64,000 nt of DNA from Candidatus Micrarchaeota archaeon. GTDB lineage: Archaea; Micrarchaeota; Micrarchaeia; Micrarchaeales; CABMGC01. Where the stretch lies: contig JAGWGN010000001.1 of assembly GCA_028867335.1 (NCBI GenBank), forward strand, positions 22,910-86,909. Direction: 5' to 3'. Both the position numbers and the translations under genes were made by a program. Of the stretch, positions 61,523 through 64,000 are shown piece by piece. The notes under the pieces were generated by a model, which was not told where the DNA came from, ran no database searches, and saw only the letters and a program-made list of their open reading frames with translations. Every line of letters starts with the position of its first letter. The stretch's first letter is position 1.

Positions 61523-61987
61523 ATGGCGCTTTTCAGGGAAAAACCCGCATCCCAGAGGAAGGACGTGCACATCCTCGAGCTCTGCGAGACCGCCGACATA
61601 GACCGCATATACGGCGCTCTGAAGGAGGCGCTGAGGGAGGGCGGGGCCAAGGGCGCATTCCGCGACGGCGCGCAGATAAACCAGCTGCTCAACTCCAAGG
61701 GGATGGTCGCGATCTGGCACATCCTGGAGAACGCCCCCAACTATGCCGAGGAGCTTGCCGCGATGCGAAAGGGCTATGAGGAGAGGGGAAAAGTCGTCCC
61801 AGAGTCCGCCCAGGCAGCCTTCATAGCAAAATACTCAAACCCTGACCATCTGGTCGCGATCGTCGAGGTCGGCGAATCGAGCATTCGGGTGCGCACGTAC
61901 GGGCTTGAAAAGGGGATGGTGCTCTCCGCGCTGCTGAGGGAGAGGCTGATTGGCGAGGGGCTCTGCAGCCCTGAGCAGAATATGTGA
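61523..61987 (+). CDS. hypothetical protein (first gene of an orphan operon)
   Basis: 154-aa ORF, GC-rich, after TATA GATTTAAAAAC. No motif recognised. Confidence 0.5.
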   Translation: MALFREKPASQRKDVHILELCETADIDRIYGALKEALREGGAKGAFRDGAQINQLLNSKGMVAIWHILENAPNYAEELAAMRKGYEERGKVVPESAQAAFIAKYSNPDHLVAIVEVGESSIRVRTYGLEKGMVLSALLRERLIGEGLCSPEQNM

Positions 61988-61991
61988 TAAG

Positions 61992-62441
61992 ATGGCAACC
62001 GACGCAATCTCAAAGAAGACCTACTACGGGGTGAACGAGGAGAAGTTCGAGAAGTTCGCGTTCGCGCTCTCCGAGAAGATGGCTCCGTACCTGGATGGCG
62101 AGAGGGTGATCGGGCGCTTTAGGCTCAAGGACCTGACAAGGTACATCATCTACGACCGCGTCCCCTCGCACCTAATCGGGCTGGGGCAGATACTAAAGGG
62201 CGCAGAGGTGGAGGCGCAGTTCGCTCTGCATCCCGAATTCTTTAGGATTGCGGTAATAATGGATCTGCACAGGGGCTCACTTGACATGGGGCTCGGCTCC
62301 GATTTCGTGGGCCATCTGCAGCAGACGTTCGCAGAGACATACGCTCCGCTGCTAAAGCAGTACAACATCCCTGCGGGCTCCGCCACTCCGATATTTCGTC
62401 AGGTCCGAAGGGACTCAGGGTTCGACAACAATGCCAAATAA
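61992..62441 (+). CDS. hypothetical protein
   Basis: The ATG at 61992 lies 4 nt after the previous stop. No motif recognised. Confidence 0.5.
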   Translation: MATDAISKKTYYGVNEEKFEKFAFALSEKMAPYLDGERVIGRFRLKDLTRYIIYDRVPSHLIGLGQILKGAEVEAQFALHPEFFRIAVIMDLHRGSLDMGLGSDFVGHLQQTFAETYAPLLKQYNIPAGSATPIFRQVRRDSGFDNNAK

Positions 62442-63228
62442 GATGATAAAGGAGGAGGAGTCGCTCAAGAAGAGCAGGCTGATCCTCGAGGCCGCGCTTA
62501 GCAGCGTGTGCGAGAGGGCGAGCGGCCACTTCAAGGGGCTGCCGCTGATCCGCTGGAGGATAAGCAAGGACCTCACAGTAGTCAACCTGCTCGACACCAA
62601 GCGCCCCGGTGGCGGCGCTGAGGCAGACCCTCTGATGACGATAAGGATCAAGGATGGCCTATACAGCCTCAACCCTCGCGAGAACGAGCAGGAGCTGCTC
62701 AACATGCTGGTGCAGGAGGTGAGGAGGCTTAACGCGGCAGAGGGCATCAGCTCTTATGTGGTGGATTCGGTCAGGATCCTCAGCCTGCCCCAGGGCGATC
62801 GGTTCGCCCCAGAGAGCAACCCCACGAAGATCATCGAGAACATGAACCAGAACCTGCCTGTCGACAACCTGATAAACGTCGCGACCAGAAGGATGATGGA
62901 CCTCAAGATCCTAGGCGAGGACACAATCTCGCTGAGGGGGAAGGACCAGAGCGGCAACAACGTCTGGGAGATCTACGACAACGCCCTGCCCATGCTCAAC
63001 CAGATACCCCCTTTAGAGGATGAGGAGATGGAGATGCAGAACCCCCAGAACCTGCGCGTCGCGCTAAACAACACCAAGGGCTCAAAGCCCATGCTCGCGA
63101 TAAGGCGCGCGGGGAGCGAGCTGCACATGTACGCGAACACGGAGAGCGGAAAGATACTCCTCGCATTCATGGACCACGCGATCCTGGAGGATTGCCTTGG
63201 CAGCGCAAGGCGCGAGCTAAACGGCTAA
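62431..63228 (+). CDS. hypothetical protein
   Basis: 265-aa ORF overlapping the previous gene by 11 nt. Confidence 0.5.
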   Translation: MPNKMIKEEESLKKSRLILEAALSSVCERASGHFKGLPLIRWRISKDLTVVNLLDTKRPGGGAEADPLMTIRIKDGLYSLNPRENEQELLNMLVQEVRRLNAAEGISSYVVDSVRILSLPQGDRFAPESNPTKIIENMNQNLPVDNLINVATRRMMDLKILGEDTISLRGKDQSGNNVWEIYDNALPMLNQIPPLEDEEMEMQNPQNLRVALNNTKGSKPMLAIRRAGSELHMYANTESGKILLAFMDHAILEDCLGSARRELNG

Positions 63229-63284
63229 GGCGCAACTTCTCAGTCGAATGCAAGGTTTAAAATCCCCCCCTTCAATATACTAGC

Positions 63285-64000
63285 ATGCCAGAGACTTCGA
63301 AAGTTGGCAGGCCTAGCGTCGATACTGCAAAGAAGCCCTCCCCGTCGTTTGGCAAGAGGCCCACACCTGCAAAGAGCGAGCCCACATACAAGCTCACCCC
63401 GCTCTACATGTACAAGTTCAAGGACATGCTCCGCCAGCTCGTCTCAGCGCAGCACTTCCCTGACGCCGTGGCCGCAGTGTTTGCGCTGATCTCGGTCGCA
63501 TCGGCGCTCCCGCTCTTTCCCCTCCCGATACTCGGGATTCTCACGGTCTTCACATTCATCATAACGCTGCTCCAGCCGCTGATCGGGCTGATGGCGCTGC
63601 TCTTTGAGACCTTCCCAATGTTCCTCTTCCAGGTCCCTCTGATCGCCTGGCTCTTCACGCTCTTTATGAGCCTCTCGTTCTTTTTGGGATACAAGCACTA
63701 CCGCTCCATCATCTTCATCTTCGCCCTGCTAGCCCTGCCCTTCTCCATTTTCGGATACATCTTCGAGATACCTGTGTTCGTGCTGACGATTCTCACAATC
63801 GGGCTCAAGAGGGGCGCGATAGCAGCGGCAATAACCGTGCTGATCGTGTCCGCCTCCTCCGGCCTGACCGGGATAACAAACACTGGTAGCATAGCCTTCA
63901 ACTCCACCTACGCATTCGCGCAGACTGTAAACAACGGCGCAAGCCTCTTCACGGTCCCAGGCAAGGCGCTGCCCACATTCGCCACCTTCTCAGGCGCATT
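63285..64000 (+). CDS. polytopic membrane protein, 3' end beyond the window
   Basis: My own translation from ATG 63285 is MPETSKVGRPSVDTAKKPSP.., followed by several TM helices. The frame stays open to the window end. It is absent from the track because it is truncated. Confidence 0.55.
   Translation, partial: MPETSKVGRPSVDTAKKPSPSFGKRPTPAKSEPTYKLTPLYMYKFKDMLRQLVSAQHFPDAVAAVFALISVASALPLFPLPILGILTVFTFIITLLQPLIGLMALLFETFPMFLFQVPLIAWLFTLFMSLSFFLGYKHYRSIIFIFALLALPFSIFGYIFEIPVFVLTILTIGLKRGAIAAAITVLIVSASSGLTGITNTGSIAFNSTYAFAQTVNNGASLFTVPGKALPTFATFSGA

Overview
The window is archaeal chromosomal DNA. The evidence is a set of archaeal and eukaryal-type informational genes: eL15, eL42 (L44e), aIF2-alpha, aIF1/SUI1, TFE, RadA, PriS, GINS, Taw1, diphthine synthase, Pth2, prefoldin beta, and a uL3-uL4-uL23-uL2-uS19-uL22-uS3-uL29 operon. 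Promoters are TATA-box type and many genes look leaderless. A long, three-unit-like tRNA splicing endonuclease, intron-containing tRNAs, DNA gyrase and small genes suggest a DPANN or Micrarchaeota (ARMAN-like) lineage. That lineage call is inference only.

I call about 95 CDS and six tRNAs: Lys-CTT, initiator-like Met-CAT, Gly-CCC, Glu-TTC, Asp-GTC with a non-canonical intron, and Tyr-GTA with a canonical intron. There are no rRNA genes and no CRISPR array.

The core sequence is GC-moderate. Several stretches look AT-rich by eye (GC not computed) and appear to be accessory DNA:
- About 2389-5438: a ~3 kb insertion with a 10-bp direct repeat and imperfect terminal inverted repeats. It carries a SWIM plus DDE (YREK) transposase, a 382-aa membrane protein and an RHH plus Zn-ribbon gene pair.
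- About 47212-48302: a RelE-type toxin module that ends the ribosomal protein operon early.
- About 51942-53941: a Dam-like methyltransferase plus a putative PD-(D/E)XK endonuclease.
- NTase and RelE modules flanking tRNA-Asp.

The most unusual unexplained signal is a family of ~128-bp hairpin-built repeat units. Two ~255-bp blocks at ~54005-54275 and ~54830-55090 bracket a dCMP deaminase gene. Their stems show compensatory and G-U-compatible substitutions, each block ends in a T-tract, and a TATA box lies upstream of each block. I read this as a possible duplicated novel ncRNA or MITE-like element.

The second signal is a 15-bp inverted repeat (CASAGTTCCACTAAT) flanking a 74-bp, ~22% GC spacer beside tRNA-iMet and GINS. 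This looks like an ORB/DUE replication origin. However, the same TTCCACTAAT core recurs 8-10 bp upstream of TATA boxes elsewhere in the window. All functional calls rest on motif and sequence recognition by eye; no searches were run.
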